63,619 bases of DNA from an uncultured Gammaproteobacteria bacterium (lineage in GTDB: Bacteria > Patescibacteriota > Patescibacteriia > CAZSQN01), in NCBI GenBank assembly GCA_964609095.1, contig CAZSQN010000004.1:14663-78281 (forward strand). The letters run 5' to 3'. The translations under genes were made by a program, and so were the position numbers. Below the pieces are notes generated by a model. That model did no database searches. It was not told the origin of the DNA and was given only the letters and a program-made list of their open reading frames with translations. How positions within the stretch are numbered: position 1 is the stretch's first letter; each line of letters begins with the position of its first letter. Shown one piece after another: positions 44,336-55,359 of this stretch.

Positions 44336-45193
44336 TCAGCAGCCGGAGTAGGTTTCTACCGCCGCCGCTCCCGCAACCGGAGTGACTCCGTAAAGTTCGT
44401 ACTTGAACATGGTCTGGCCAAGAGCGGTGGAGATGGCAGTGTATTTCACCCGTTCTCCGGCCGCGAGATAGGCAAAAGCGGTGTTTGGCCGCTTGATCTG
44501 GCTCATATGAACGCGCGCCTCGGTCAGCTCTCCATTTTGGAGAACGTACACGCTGCCCCAATGCTGGGATGGGTTGTAGTACTTGACCACGCCTTCTTCC
44601 GGCCAGACATCGGGCTGCTCTTCTTCGTCGGGAACATACTCCGAGCTGTTTGCGAGCTTTGCTCCGGCCAATACCTTGTTTAGAATCGCGTTCAGATCCG
44701 CCCATCTGAAGTAGACAGGTTCAATCACCGAGCCATTTTCGGCGCGGCAAGCGCGGCCTGTGTAAAGCCGGGTGTTACAAACCAGATAGAAGCTGCCTTT
44801 CTGGCAGACGATGGAAATTTCTTCAATCCGCCAGTTGCCGTCTTTGCTCCAGTAAAGCAAGCGGACGACATTTTGGGGAAACTTGGTGTACAGTTCGCCG
44901 CTCTCGTTGGCAAAGATGTACACGCTCTTTCCATAGAGCGCGTAAAGAGGATTTTCCGGCGCCATGTCGCGGCGGCGCGCGATGTTCTTCTTTCCGTCTT
45001 GCTCAAAGACAACCGGCGCGCCATCAGGGCTTCTGGGCGCGACAATCGCCAGCTCAAAGGACTTGCCAACATGCCGATGAAGATGATTGCCGATGCAAGC
45101 GGCAGAAAGATTCTCTGCCGTCACGCCGTTTCCTCTATCCGGCACGATTTCTTCGTTATCGTAGAAAACGCGAATGTCGAGCGGCTGTTCCAT
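44336..45193 (-). CDS. Hypothetical protein with cold-shock-domain-like C-terminus
   Basis: 285 aa with a GGGAGAGG SD. GVVKYYNPSQHWGSVYVLQNGELTEARVHMSQI resembles the CSD pattern G.VKWFN..KGFGFI...DVFVH.S.I. Confidence 0.6.
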   Translation of the reverse strand: MEQPLDIRVFYDNEEIVPDRGNGVTAENLSAACIGNHLHRHVGKSFELAIVAPRSPDGAPVVFEQDGKKNIARRRDMAPENPLYALYGKSVYIFANESGELYTKFPQNVVRLLYWSKDGNWRIEEISIVCQKGSFYLVCNTRLYTGRACRAENGSVIEPVYFRWADLNAILNKVLAGAKLANSSEYVPDEEEQPDVWPEEGVVKYYNPSQHWGSVYVLQNGELTEARVHMSQIKRPNTAFAYLAAGERVKYTAISTALGQTMFKYELYGVTPVAGAAAVETYSGC

Positions 45194-45360
45194 TTTTCCT
45201 CTCCCTGCCCCGAACGAAGTTGAGGGGCTTTGTTGTGTTTGTCCGCCAAAATTTTCGTTTCACGAAAACTTGGGCGGGGTTGGTTGTGCAAAGACCGCAC
45301 TTGCTTCTGTTTAAGGCAAGAGCAAATGAATACTAAACAATAACACGATTTTACTATTCG

Positions 45361-45403
45361 GTCAAGCCCAGCACATAATGTTTTTTATGTGCTGGATTAT
45401 GTG
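45361..45403. repeat. CAGCACATA family, minimal palindrome form
   Basis: gtcaagcccagcacataatgttttttatgtgctgg, immediately downstream of the typA stop. Confidence 0.7.
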
Positions 45404-45408
45404 CGGGG

Positions 45409-47238
45409 TTAGCGGTCGCTTCTTTTGCGCTCTAAAGCGTTAAGGATGGTTTTGCGGATTCTGATGTTTTTTGGCGTTACTTCCACCAGTTCGTCATCGC
45501 CGATATATTCAAGCGCGTTCTCAAGCCCCATAACACGGGACACATCAAGCGCTTCGGCCACGCCATCGCCCTTGGAGCGCATATTGGAAAGCTTTTTTTC
45601 TTTGCAGACATTTACGGCCAAATCCTCGGGTTTGGCATTTTCCCCAACCACCATTCCTTCATAAACGGTCGTGTTTGGGCCGATAAAAAGAGTTCCTCGC
45701 TCTTGCGCCGCGAGCAATCCATAGTTGTTGGAAATGCCGGATTCAAAAGCAATAAGCGAACCGTGAGGAGAGGCCTCAAAGTCGCCTTTGTATTGCTCAT
45801 AACCCAAAAACAAGCTGTTCATTATGCCCAGTCCCTTGGTATCGGTGATGAACTCATTGCGGTAGCCGATGAGTCCGCGGGTTGGAATGACAAATTCCAT
45901 AAAGGCGGTTTTGCCTTCCACTTTCATATCTTTCATCTCGCCTTTGCGAATGCCCATTTTGGCAATGACAGAACCGGAAAATTCTTCCGGACATTCTATG
46001 GTTAACTGTTCGACCGGCTCCATTTTTTTGCCGCCTATCTCCTTATATATAACTTGCGGACGAGATACCTGAAGCTCGTAGCCCTCGCGGCGCATTTTTT
46101 CTATTAAAATGGAAAGATGCAACTCGCCTCTGCCGGCAACAACCCATTTGTCGCCGGAGTCGCCGGGCAGAACTTTTAGGGCAATATCCGTTTCCAGTTC
46201 GCGCTCCAGCCGTTCTTTAAGATTGCGCGAAGTGGCGTATTGCCCTTCGCCTCCGGCAAAAGGAGAAGTATTGACGCCGAAGGTCATTTTAACCGTCGGT
46301 TCTTCAATGGCGATTGTCGGAAGAGCAATCGGGTCAGACAAATCCGCAAGCGTTTCACCGATGGAAATATCAGGGATGCCGGCCACCGCGACAATGTCGC
46401 CGGCTTCGGCTTCATCAACCTCAATTTTGTTCAAGCCGTCAAAGGTCATAACGGAAGCGAGTTTGGCCTTGCTGATTTTCCCTTCGCGGTTTATATGCGC
46501 CAATTCCGCGCCCTTTTTAAGAGTGCCGGAATACAGGCGGCCGATGGCGATTTTTCCTTTGAAGTTGTCATAAGCCAAATTTACGGTAAGCATTTGCAAA
46601 GGAGCGGTTTTATCAGCTTTAGGCGCGGGAATAACTTTAAGAATGGTTTCAAATAACGGCGTTACATCTTTCATCTCCGAAAGCGCCGGCGCCAGCCCCG
46701 CCTTTCCGGCGATAGCCGAGGCGTAAATGACGGGAAAATTTGTCTGCTCGTCGGAAGCGCCAAGGCCAACAAAGAGATCAAACGTCTGGTTAAGCACCCA
46801 ATCGGGCCTGGCGTCGTGTTTGTCTATTTTGTTTATGACGACGATTATTTTGTGTCCGGCGGCAATGGCCTTTTTAAGCACGAATTTGGTTTGCGGCATC
46901 GGGCCCTCTTTGGCGTCAACGAGCAATAGTACGCCGTCAACCATGCGCATAATCCGTTCAACTTCTCCGCCAAAATCAGCGTGGCCGGGAGTGTCCACGA
47001 TATTTATTTTGATATCTTTATAAATTATGGAAGCGTTTTTGGAAAAAATGGTAATGCCGCGTTCGCGCTCCAGCTCGTTACTATCCATAATCAGTTCGTC
47101 AAATTGAAGTTTTCCGCCTAAGGCGGATCCGCCTCTGGCGGAGAAATTTTGCGATTGCTTCAATAGAGAATCAACCAAGGTGGTTTTACCATGGTCAACG
47201 TGGGCGATAATGGCGATGTTTCTGATTTCTCTGGTCAT
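45409..47238 (-). CDS. typA: Translational GTPase TypA/BipA
   Basis: 609 aa. [31 protein letters not shown] and NKID motifs. Confidence 0.93.
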   Translation of the reverse strand: MTREIRNIAIIAHVDHGKTTLVDSLLKQSQNFSARGGSALGGKLQFDELIMDSNELERERGITIFSKNASIIYKDIKINIVDTPGHADFGGEVERIMRMVDGVLLLVDAKEGPMPQTKFVLKKAIAAGHKIIVVINKIDKHDARPDWVLNQTFDLFVGLGASDEQTNFPVIYASAIAGKAGLAPALSEMKDVTPLFETILKVIPAPKADKTAPLQMLTVNLAYDNFKGKIAIGRLYSGTLKKGAELAHINREGKISKAKLASVMTFDGLNKIEVDEAEAGDIVAVAGIPDISIGETLADLSDPIALPTIAIEEPTVKMTFGVNTSPFAGGEGQYATSRNLKERLERELETDIALKVLPGDSGDKWVVAGRGELHLSILIEKMRREGYELQVSRPQVIYKEIGGKKMEPVEQLTIECPEEFSGSVIAKMGIRKGEMKDMKVEGKTAFMEFVIPTRGLIGYRNEFITDTKGLGIMNSLFLGYEQYKGDFEASPHGSLIAFESGISNNYGLLAAQERGTLFIGPNTTVYEGMVVGENAKPEDLAVNVCKEKKLSNMRSKGDGVAEALDVSRVMGLENALEYIGDDELVEVTPKNIRIRKTILNALERKRSDR

Positions 47239-47305
47239 GTTCTTAACTTAAAATCCCGCTAAGCGGGACCTACGAATAGTCATCATAGCTGATTTTAGGA
47301 ATAAA

Positions 47306-47447
47306 GTCAACCCAGCACATAGTTTTGGCGCAAAAGCAGTTTTATTGTCATGCAATCTAAAATTGCGCTTTGATAATCTGTCTCTGTGATTCTAAATAAA
47401 TGTTTTAGGCTAAAACTATGTGCTGGGGTCAATCCCGCCCCCCCCCA
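47306..47447. repeat. CAGCACATA family MITE-like element
   Basis: gtcaacccagcacatagttttgg ... ctaaaactatgtgctggggtcaatcccgccc. Confidence 0.85.
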
Positions 47448-47636
47448 TTAATTTTAAATTTCAGATTTATGATTTTAGATTTTAAATTTTAAATCCGCAA
47501 CCCGCAATCTGAAATCTAGAGAGATGTGGATAATTTGTTGAGAATACATGGTTTTTAACCAAAATTAGGCGCGATTTGGCTTATAATGAATAAAATTTGC
47601 AGCTGATTTGACAAACCCCATCTTTTCGTTAGGCCC

Positions 47637-47665
47637 TTGACAGGTTTGGGGGTAATGTGTAATAT
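47637..47665 (+). promoter_or_regulatory. Strong sigma70-type promoter for rpoBC
   Basis: TTGACA-ggtttgggggtaatgtg(17)-TAATAT, ~225 nt upstream of the rpoB ATG. Confidence 0.55.
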
Positions 47666-47808
47666 CTATATATAAATGGTGGGTACCCATTGCGGGGCCC
47701 TATTGTTTTTCTCGGTTTCTTTTTGAATGGATATCGAGATTTTGTCTAAAATTAGCTATTTTTCCGTGGGTCTATTTTTAAATCAAAACCAAATCCCACG
47801 TTCTTAGA

Positions 47809-47845
47809 ACTCACCCCCCACCTATGGGGAGGGAGTTTTTATTTT
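47809..47845 (+). terminator. Terminator-like hairpin inside the rpoB leader (possible attenuator)
   Basis: actcacccccc-acctat-ggggagggagt followed by tttttatttt, ~45 nt before the rpoB start. Confidence 0.4.
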
Positions 47846-47888
47846 ATAAAAACTTAAAATTAAAAAATAATTTGAATTATTTTTTTTT

Positions 47889-50800
47889 ATGACCATGCAG
47901 TTCAAAAGGCGCGAGATACTAACGCCCGAACGCCGTTATTTTGATTGGGCGCCGGACGCCATGAATCTGCCCGATTTGATAGAAGTGCAGAAACGTTCTT
48001 ATAAATGGTTTTTTGAACAGGGGCTGGGAGAGCTTTTCCGCGAAACATCCCCCATCAAGGATTTTATCGGCCGCGATCTGGAATTGTATCTTGACGATTA
48101 TTATCTGGACGAGCCCAAATTTGACGAGGTGACAAGCAAGGCCAAAAACATTACCTTTGAATCGCCGCTTCGCGTTAAGGCGCGATTAGTTAATAAAAGA
48201 ATCAACGAAACCAAAGAGCAGGAGATTTATTTGGGCGACATTCCGATGATGACCGACCGCGGAACTTTTATCATCAACGGCATTGAGCGCGTAGTTGTCT
48301 CCCAGCTTATCCGTTCCGCCGGCGTCTTTTTTACTTCGGAATTTAACCGTGGCAGAAAATTTTACGGCTCCAAAATTATTCCCAACCGCGGCGCCTGGCT
48401 GGAAATGGAAACAGACACCTCCGGCGCCATTTGGGTTAAAATTGACAGGAAGAGAAAAGTGGCCGTCACTTCTCTTTTAAGGTCATTCGGCTACGGAACA
48501 GACGAGAAGATTTTATCTCTTTTTGCCGACGCGGACACGCATCCGACAACTAAATACATAGAAGCAACTTTGGCCAAAGACACCGCCAAAAACGAAGACG
48601 AAGGCCTGATTGAAGTATATAGGCGCATCCGTCCGGGGGATCTGGCGACGGTTGACAATGCCCGCTCGCTTATCCACTCAATGTTTTTTAATTTTGACCG
48701 CTATGATTTGGGCGTAGTCGGACGCTATAAATTTTTCCAGAGATTCCATTTGCCGGCGACCAAAGACCAGATTGAACTGCCGGAAAACAGAATTTTAAAG
48801 CCGGAAGATTTGGTGGTCATCATCAAAGAGCTTATTCGCCTAAATAACACGCAGGAAGAGCCGGATGATGTTGACCATCTTGGCAATCGCCGCGTGCGCG
48901 CCATCGGCGAGCTTATCCAGAATCGTTTCAGGGTCGGCCTTGCCCGCATGGAAAGAATAGTTAAGGACAGGATGTCAACTTTGGACGTAAATAATCTCAC
49001 GCCGGGAAAACTGATAAACGCGCGGCCGGTCATTGGCAGCGTGCGTGAGTTCTTTATGAGCTCCCAGCTTTCCCAGTTTATGGACCAAACCAATCCTTTG
49101 GCCGAGCTTGAGCATAAGCGCCGCCTTTCCGCCATGGGCCCGGGCGGGCTCTCGCGGGAGCGCGCCGGCTTTGACGTGCGCGACGTGCATCCTACCCATT
49201 ATGGCCGCATCTGCCCGATTGCCTCTCCGGAAGGCCCGAACATTGGGCTGGTGGGGCACTTGGCAAGCTATTCTCGCATCAATGAATACGGTTTTATTGA
49301 AACGCCTTACCGCAAAGCGGTGAAAGATAAAAACGGCCGCGCCAAAGTCACGAATGAAATTGAATGGCTTAACGCTTTTGCCGAAGAAAAGGCCATTACC
49401 ACCGCGGCTACAACGCCGATTGACGAAGATGGATATTTTATAAATGAAAAGGCGCCGGTGCGCAAATTCGGCGCGCCTTCCACGGAACTCACATCCAATA
49501 TTGAATATATGGATGTTTCTTCAAAGCAGATTCTTTCCATTTCCACCTCGCTGATTCCGTTTGTGGAACACGATGACGGAGCAAGAGCGCTCATGGGCAC
49601 GAACATGCAGAGACAGGCCGTGCCTTGCATTAAAGCGGACGCGCCTTTAATCGGCACGGGAGTTGAGGGCCGGGCGGCCCGCGATTCCGGACATGTGGTT
49701 CTTGCCGAAAAGGCGGGCGTGGTTGCCGGCGTGCAAGGAGACAAAATAGAAATTGAGAGCGATGAGGGCAAAACATATTCATACCGTTTAAATAAATTCG
49801 TCCGTTCCAACGCCTCAACCTGCCTTAACCAGCGGCCATTGATTAAAAAAGGCCAGAAGGTTAAAAAGGGCGATGTTCTGGCTGACGGGCCGTCAACGCA
49901 AAACGGAGAACTGGCGCTTGGCCAAAATTTGCTGGTTTCGTTTCTCTCCTGGGACGGATACAATTATGAGGACGCGGTGATTTTGTCCGAACGGCTGGTG
50001 CATGACGACAGGTTTACCTCAATTCATATTGAAAATTATCAAGTGGAAGTTCGGGATACGAAATTGGGAGCTGAAGTGGTGACCTCCGACATCCCCAATG
50101 TTTCCGAAGAAAAACTTAAAAATCTTGATGTTGACGGCATTGTGCGCATCGGAGCCGAGGTTAACTCCGGAGATATTTTAGTCGGCAAAATCACGCCGAA
50201 AGGAGAAACCGAACTTTCTGCGGAAGAGCGATTGCTGCGCGCCATTTTTGGCGAAAAGGCGCGCGATGTGCGCGACTCTTCGCTTTATCTGGAGCACGGC
50301 GAGCATGGAAAAGTCGTTGATATAAAGGTTTTTTCGCGCGAAGAGGGCGACAAGCTTTCTCCCGGCGTCATTAAAATGATTCAGATTTCGGTTGCCGACC
50401 TGCGCAAGATTCAGGTGGGAGACAAAGTTGCCGGCCGTCACGGGAACAAGGGAGTTATTTCAAAAATCGTGCCTTTGCAGGATATGCCTTATCTTCCTGA
50501 TGGAACTCCGATTGACGTTATTCTTTCCCCTTTAGGAGTTGTGTCGCGCATGAACTTAGGACAGATTTTGGAAACGCATCTGGGACTGGCGGCAAACAAG
50601 CTTGGCTATCGCGTGGCCACTCCGGTTCTAAACGGGGTTACCGAAAAGCAGATTAAAAGCGAACTTGTCGCCGCCGGCTATCCGGAGGACGGACAGACCA
50701 CTCTCTATGATGGCAGAACCGGAGAGTCGTATGACCGCAAAGTCACAGTAGGTTATGTTTATATGCTGAAGCTCAATCACATGGTGGAAGACAAAATCCA

Positions 50801-51158
50801 TCAGCGCTCCATCGGCCCGTATTCGCTTATCACCCAGCAGCCGCTCGGAGGCAAAGCGCAATCAGGCGGCCAAAGATTTGGAGAAATGGAAGTGTGGGCG
50901 CTTGAGGCCTACGGAGCGGCGCATATGCTGCAGGAGATTTTGACCATTAAATCAGACGATGTGCCGGGCAGGAGCAAGGCCTATGAGTCAATTATAAAAG
51001 GAGAGCCGATCAGAAAGCTTAATGTTCCGGAATCGTTTAATGTTTTGGTGCGCGAACTTAAGGGGCTGTGTTTGGATGTGGAACTTTTAAAAGACGGTCG
51101 AAAAGTTTCCGCGGATAAAGAAGTAAGCGCGCCGCCAACGCGGACAAGGAGAACTTAA
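47889..51158 (+). CDS. rpoB: DNA-directed RNA polymerase subunit beta
   Basis: 1089 aa with canonical beta-subunit segments (e.g. [25 protein letters not shown]). Confidence 0.97.
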   Translation: MTMQFKRREILTPERRYFDWAPDAMNLPDLIEVQKRSYKWFFEQGLGELFRETSPIKDFIGRDLELYLDDYYLDEPKFDEVTSKAKNITFESPLRVKARLVNKRINETKEQEIYLGDIPMMTDRGTFIINGIERVVVSQLIRSAGVFFTSEFNRGRKFYGSKIIPNRGAWLEMETDTSGAIWVKIDRKRKVAVTSLLRSFGYGTDEKILSLFADADTHPTTKYIEATLAKDTAKNEDEGLIEVYRRIRPGDLATVDNARSLIHSMFFNFDRYDLGVVGRYKFFQRFHLPATKDQIELPENRILKPEDLVVIIKELIRLNNTQEEPDDVDHLGNRRVRAIGELIQNRFRVGLARMERIVKDRMSTLDVNNLTPGKLINARPVIGSVREFFMSSQLSQFMDQTNPLAELEHKRRLSAMGPGGLSRERAGFDVRDVHPTHYGRICPIASPEGPNIGLVGHLASYSRINEYGFIETPYRKAVKDKNGRAKVTNEIEWLNAFAEEKAITTAATTPIDEDGYFINEKAPVRKFGAPSTELTSNIEYMDVSSKQILSISTSLIPFVEHDDGARALMGTNMQRQAVPCIKADAPLIGTGVEGRAARDSGHVVLAEKAGVVAGVQGDKIEIESDEGKTYSYRLNKFVRSNASTCLNQRPLIKKGQKVKKGDVLADGPSTQNGELALGQNLLVSFLSWDGYNYEDAVILSERLVHDDRFTSIHIENYQVEVRDTKLGAEVVTSDIPNVSEEKLKNLDVDGIVRIGAEVNSGDILVGKITPKGETELSAEERLLRAIFGEKARDVRDSSLYLEHGEHGKVVDIKVFSREEGDKLSPGVIKMIQISVADLRKIQVGDKVAGRHGNKGVISKIVPLQDMPYLPDGTPIDVILSPLGVVSRMNLGQILETHLGLAANKLGYRVATPVLNGVTEKQIKSELVAAGYPEDGQTTLYDGRTGESYDRKVTVGYVYMLKLNHMVEDKIHQRSIGPYSLITQQPLGGKAQSGGQRFGEMEVWALEAYGAAHMLQEILTIKSDDVPGRSKAYESIIKGEPIRKLNVPESFNVLVRELKGLCLDVELLKDGRKVSADKEVSAPPTRTRRT

Positions 51159-51179
51159 AAAATAATTCTTTAATGTGGT

Positions 51180-51274
51180 AACTGCCGTTGTACGGCAGTT
51201 AAGCGCAGCGAGACACAGCCGAAAGTGAGGGCGAGTAGATGAGCCCGAACGGGAGGATGTGTCGGAAGCGAGCA
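51180..51274 (+). promoter_or_regulatory. Conserved structured leader, copy 1 (abuts the rpoC ATG)
   Basis: 9-bp hairpin aactgccgt-tgt-acggcagtt, then AAGCGC..CGAGACAC..CGAAAGTGAGGGC..GCCCGAACGGGAG..GTGTCGGAAGCGAGCA-ATG. A homologous element lies at 59144-59232. Confidence 0.6.
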
Positions 51275-54200
51275 ATGCCCGAATTTAATCGCGAAGCCCC
51301 GGTAATTGATTTTGACGCCATCCGTCTGCGGCTGGCCTCGCCCGAGGTTATTCATGCCTGGTCTTACGGCGAAGTCACCAAGCCGGAGACGATAAATTAT
51401 CGCACGCATAAGCCGGAAAAAGACGGCCTTTTTGACGAACGGATTTTCGGTCCCACCAAGGATTGGGAGTGTTATTGCGGAAAATATAAAAAAATAAGAT
51501 ACAAGGGAATTGTCTGCGACAAGTGCGGAGTGGAAGTGACGCATTCTCTTGTCCGCCGCGAGCGTATGGGGCACATTGATTTGGCCGCCCCCACCTCGCA
51601 TATCTGGTTTTTGCGCGGGGTTCCTTCCAAAATCGGATTGGCGCTGGATTTGTCAGTGCAGAGTTTGGAAAAAATTATTTATTTTGCCAATTTTGTAATC
51701 ACGCGCGTGGACGAGGCGGCTAAGGCCGAAGCGCATGAAGCCATCCGCGAAGAATTCGCGCAGAAGAAGAAAGCCATAGAAGGAGAGTACAAGCGGGAGA
51801 TTGAGCGTTTGGAGGCAAAGGGAGCTAAAGAAACGGAAAAAGAAAAAGCCGGCAAGCTCCGCGATTCCAAAATTAAGGAGCTGACGGAGGATTTTGAAGC
51901 GGCGGATAAAGAATTAAAAGAAATCGTTCCGCTGGCCATTATTTCCGAAAACGCTTATCAAGAATATTCTTTGCGCTACGGCCATATTTTTGACGCCGGC
52001 ATCGGAGCGGAAGCGGTTCGGGCTTTGCTTTCCAGAATTGATGTTCCCAAGACCATCGCCGGACTTGAAGCCGAGCTTAAAGAGTCCCGCGGCGGCGCTA
52101 AAAGCGAACGCATTGTGCGCCGCCTTAAACTTTTGAAATCGCTTCACGCCAACGGATTGCGTCCGGATTTTATGATTTTGACCGCCGTGCCGGTGATTCC
52201 GCCGGATCTGCGCCCGATGGTTCCTTTGGATGGAGGGCGCTTTGCCACCTCTGACTTAAATGATCTTTACCGCCGCATTATAAATAGGAATAACCGTTTA
52301 AAGAGATTAGTTGAGTTAAACGCGCCGGAAGTCATAAGCAGAAACGAAAAGCGCATGCTGCAGGAGGCCTGCGACGCGTTAATTGACAACAGCGCCAGGC
52401 AGGCCAAAACGGTGGTGGCGCCGGCAGGCAAAAAACGGCAGCTAAAATCATTGGCGGATATCTTAAAAGGAAAACAAGGGCGGTTCCGCCAGAACCTTTT
52501 AGGCAAGAGAATTGATTATTCCGGCAGAAGCGTCATTGTGGTCGGGCCGAATTTGAAATTGCATCAATGCGGTCTGCCCAAACGGATGGCTTTGGAGCTT
52601 TTCCGGCCGTTTGTCATCAGCCGGCTGATTGCCGCCGGACTCGTGCATAATATAAGAAGCGCCAACCGTTTTATTGAACTTGATAAAAGCGAGGTTTGGG
52701 ACATGTTGGAGGACATTACCAAAGGCGCACATGTGCTCTTAAATCGCGCGCCGACTTTGCACCGTCTGGGCATCCAGGCCTTTCAGCCGATTTTAATAGA
52801 AGGCAAGGCGATTCAGATCCATCCGATGGTTTGTACCGCCTATAACGCCGACTTTGACGGCGACCAGATGGCCGTGCACGTGCCTCTGACGGAGGAGGCC
52901 AAGCGCGAAGCGGCCGAGCGCATGCTTTCTGTCCGCAATCTTTTGAAGCCGGCAACCGGCTCTCCTGTCGCCACGCCAAACAAGGATGTGGCCTGGGGCT
53001 GTTATTATATGACCTTGGCCACCGGCGCGGAAAAGAAAGATAAAAAGGCCTTTGCCTCGCCGGAAGAAGCGATTTACGCGTATGAGACAAAACATCTTTC
53101 ATTGCATGAATTGATTAGAGTCCGTTTGAGGGAAGCTCATGAGGCGGGATTGTTTGAAACCACAGTGGGCAGAATCGTATTTAACCGGGTGCTTCCGGAC
53201 GAAATACCTTATGTAAACGAAGTGACTGACACAAAGCGTCTGGGAGAAATCATCCGCCTTTCGCTTGAAATTTTTGGAAACGATATTACGGCGCGGCTTT
53301 TGGACGATATTAAGGCAATCGGATTTAAATACGCGACTCGTTCCGGCTACTCGTGGGGCATGGGCGACCTGCCCGACCTGCCGGAAAAGTCCGCGCTTAT
53401 AGACGAAGGCAACCGCCAGATTGATTTGGTTGAGGAGCAGTTTAGCGAGGGGCTGCTTACGGCGTCCGAACGGCACGCGAAAATAATTGAGACCTGGACG
53501 GAAATAAAAGACCGCATCACCAAGCTTTCCAAAAGCAAGCTTGATCCGGCCAGTTCCGTCGCCAGTATGATTAACTCCGGCGCCAGAGGCTCGCTGGGGC
53601 AGCTTACGCAGATGATGGCAATGAAGGGGCTTGTGACCAACCCGGCCGGAGACATTATTGAACTTCCGGTTAAGGCCGGATTTAGGGAGGGGCTGGATGT
53701 GCTGGAATATTTTATTTCCACTCACGGCACCAGAAAAGGACTTTCCGATACCGCGCTCCGCACCGCCAACGCCGGCTATCTCACCAGGCGTTTGGTTGAC
53801 GTGGCGCAGGACGTGATTGTCTCCGAGAATGATTGCGGCGATAGCGAAGGAATGCAAATCGGCCTGGAAGAGAGCGAGGAAATGGGCGAAACCGTGGCGC
53901 ACAGAGCCTTGGGCAGATACCTTTTGGCCGATATCAAAGACCCCAAAACCGGCAGGATTTTTGCCAAAGCCGATACTTTGATTACTGAAAAAATTGCCAG
54001 AGAAATTGAAAAAAGGGAAATAATCGAAGTGCGCGTAAGAAGCGTTTTGCATTGCCGTTTGCGCAAAGGAACCTGCCAGAAATGTTATGGCTACGACCTG
54101 GCTTACAACAAGCCGGTGGAGATCGGCACGGCGGTGGGCATTGTGGCGGCGCAGTCAATCGGAGAGCCGGGCACCCAGCTTACAATGAGAACGTTTCATA

Positions 54201-55141
54201 CCGGAGGCGTGGCCGGGCTTGACATTACCCAGGGTCTGCCGCGGGTTGAAGAGCTTTTTGAAGCGCGTCCGCCAAAGCGCCGCGCGTTTATCAGCGATAC
54301 GGCCGGTGCGGTTCTAATAGAAGAAGGCGGCAGGGAAACAGTTGACGCTTCGGGCAAAAAAGTCGCGATTCCGCCCGGACACCGCGTTATTAGAGTTGTC
54401 GGCAAAGGCGTTGAAGAAGACGTTTATAAGCTGGGAAGAGGCGAGAAGCCAAAGATGGACGACGGCGCGCCAGTCGCGGTCGGGGATGTTCTGTTTGTAA
54501 AGAAAAATAATATTGAAGTTAAGGCCGAACATAACGGAACTGTTTCGCTTGACGGCAAAACGCTCAAAGTAATCTGGGAAGGCCCGAAGGTAAAAGAATT
54601 TTTGATTCCGCCGGGCTATGTGCTTTGGGTCAAGCCGGGAGATTTGGTCGCGCCGGGAACCCAGCTCACGGAAGGAGACATTGATTTGCAGGAACTTTAC
54701 GCGCTTTCCGGCAAAGCGGCCGTGAAACGTTATATTCTCCGCGAGATTCAATCAATCTATTCCTCGCAGGGGCAAAAGCTTAACGACAAGCATATTGAGG
54801 TTATCGTCAAGCAGATGTTCTCCCGCGTGCTGGTGCGCGATGCCGGAGACACTAATTTGCTTCCGAGCGAAATTGCGGAAAAGGCGGAGTTTGAAGCTGA
54901 AAATGAAATGTCGCGCAAAGGCAAAAAGAAAGAAGCGACCGCGGACGAGCTCCTGCTCGGAATCTCAAGGGTCGCGCTCTCAACCCAATCTTTCCTTTCG
55001 GCGGCATCCTTCCAGGAAACAGCCAAGGTACTTATAAACGCGGCCGTGACCGGAAAAGTAGACCGCTTGGAAGGCCTTAAAGAGAACGTCATCATCGGCA
55101 GATTGATTCCTGCCGGAAGTGGCTTCGGCGTAGAACGTTAG
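51275..55141 (+). CDS. rpoC: DNA-directed RNA polymerase subunit beta'
   Basis: Starts MPEFNREAPVIDFDAIRLRLASPE. Has the NADFDGDQM catalytic motif. The track ORF starts 36 nt earlier, inside the leader. Confidence 0.97.
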   Translation: MPEFNREAPVIDFDAIRLRLASPEVIHAWSYGEVTKPETINYRTHKPEKDGLFDERIFGPTKDWECYCGKYKKIRYKGIVCDKCGVEVTHSLVRRERMGHIDLAAPTSHIWFLRGVPSKIGLALDLSVQSLEKIIYFANFVITRVDEAAKAEAHEAIREEFAQKKKAIEGEYKREIERLEAKGAKETEKEKAGKLRDSKIKELTEDFEAADKELKEIVPLAIISENAYQEYSLRYGHIFDAGIGAEAVRALLSRIDVPKTIAGLEAELKESRGGAKSERIVRRLKLLKSLHANGLRPDFMILTAVPVIPPDLRPMVPLDGGRFATSDLNDLYRRIINRNNRLKRLVELNAPEVISRNEKRMLQEACDALIDNSARQAKTVVAPAGKKRQLKSLADILKGKQGRFRQNLLGKRIDYSGRSVIVVGPNLKLHQCGLPKRMALELFRPFVISRLIAAGLVHNIRSANRFIELDKSEVWDMLEDITKGAHVLLNRAPTLHRLGIQAFQPILIEGKAIQIHPMVCTAYNADFDGDQMAVHVPLTEEAKREAAERMLSVRNLLKPATGSPVATPNKDVAWGCYYMTLATGAEKKDKKAFASPEEAIYAYETKHLSLHELIRVRLREAHEAGLFETTVGRIVFNRVLPDEIPYVNEVTDTKRLGEIIRLSLEIFGNDITARLLDDIKAIGFKYATRSGYSWGMGDLPDLPEKSALIDEGNRQIDLVEEQFSEGLLTASERHAKIIETWTEIKDRITKLSKSKLDPASSVASMINSGARGSLGQLTQMMAMKGLVTNPAGDIIELPVKAGFREGLDVLEYFISTHGTRKGLSDTALRTANAGYLTRRLVDVAQDVIVSENDCGDSEGMQIGLEESEEMGETVAHRALGRYLLADIKDPKTGRIFAKADTLITEKIAREIEKREIIEVRVRSVLHCRLRKGTCQKCYGYDLAYNKPVEIGTAVGIVAAQSIGEPGTQLTMRTFHTGGVAGLDITQGLPRVEELFEARPPKRRAFISDTAGAVLIEEGGRETVDASGKKVAIPPGHRVIRVVGKGVEEDVYKLGRGEKPKMDDGAPVAVGDVLFVKKNNIEVKAEHNGTVSLDGKTLKVIWEGPKVKEFLIPPGYVLWVKPGDLVAPGTQLTEGDIDLQELYALSGKAAVKRYILREIQSIYSSQGQKLNDKHIEVIVKQMFSRVLVRDAGDTNLLPSEIAEKAEFEAENEMSRKGKKKEATADELLLGISRVALSTQSFLSAASFQETAKVLINAAVTGKVDRLEGLKENVIIGRLIPAGSGFGVER

Positions 55142-55248
55142 AGGCGTAGCGAAGCGAAGTCCGCCGAGTTTTACGGTGCCCCTAAACCGAATGGTATTTG
55201 CGGCGCTCCGAGAGGCGGAGAGTAGAACGGTAATCGCAGTAAAATCAA

Positions 55249-55279
55249 AACATCCCGACAATGCCGTCGGGATGTTTTA
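55249..55279 (+). terminator. Intrinsic terminator after rpoC
   Basis: aacatcccgac-aatgcc-gtcgggatgtt followed by tt. Confidence 0.7.
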
Positions 55280-55359
55280 GTTAACGGCAGGTTCCCCCTT
55301 GCCTGTTTATCTGATTTTTGATAATATCTTTTTAGCTCATTTCAGAAAGGAGATGAGAA

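Noticed and set aside
51180-51274. Hammerhead-like ribozyme core (gatgag ... gaa) in the rpoC leader
   Set aside because: The GAUGAG string lies in the variable loop that is absent from the second copy (59144-59232), and no CGAAA/stem III arrangement follows. The conserved parts do not fit the hammerhead core.
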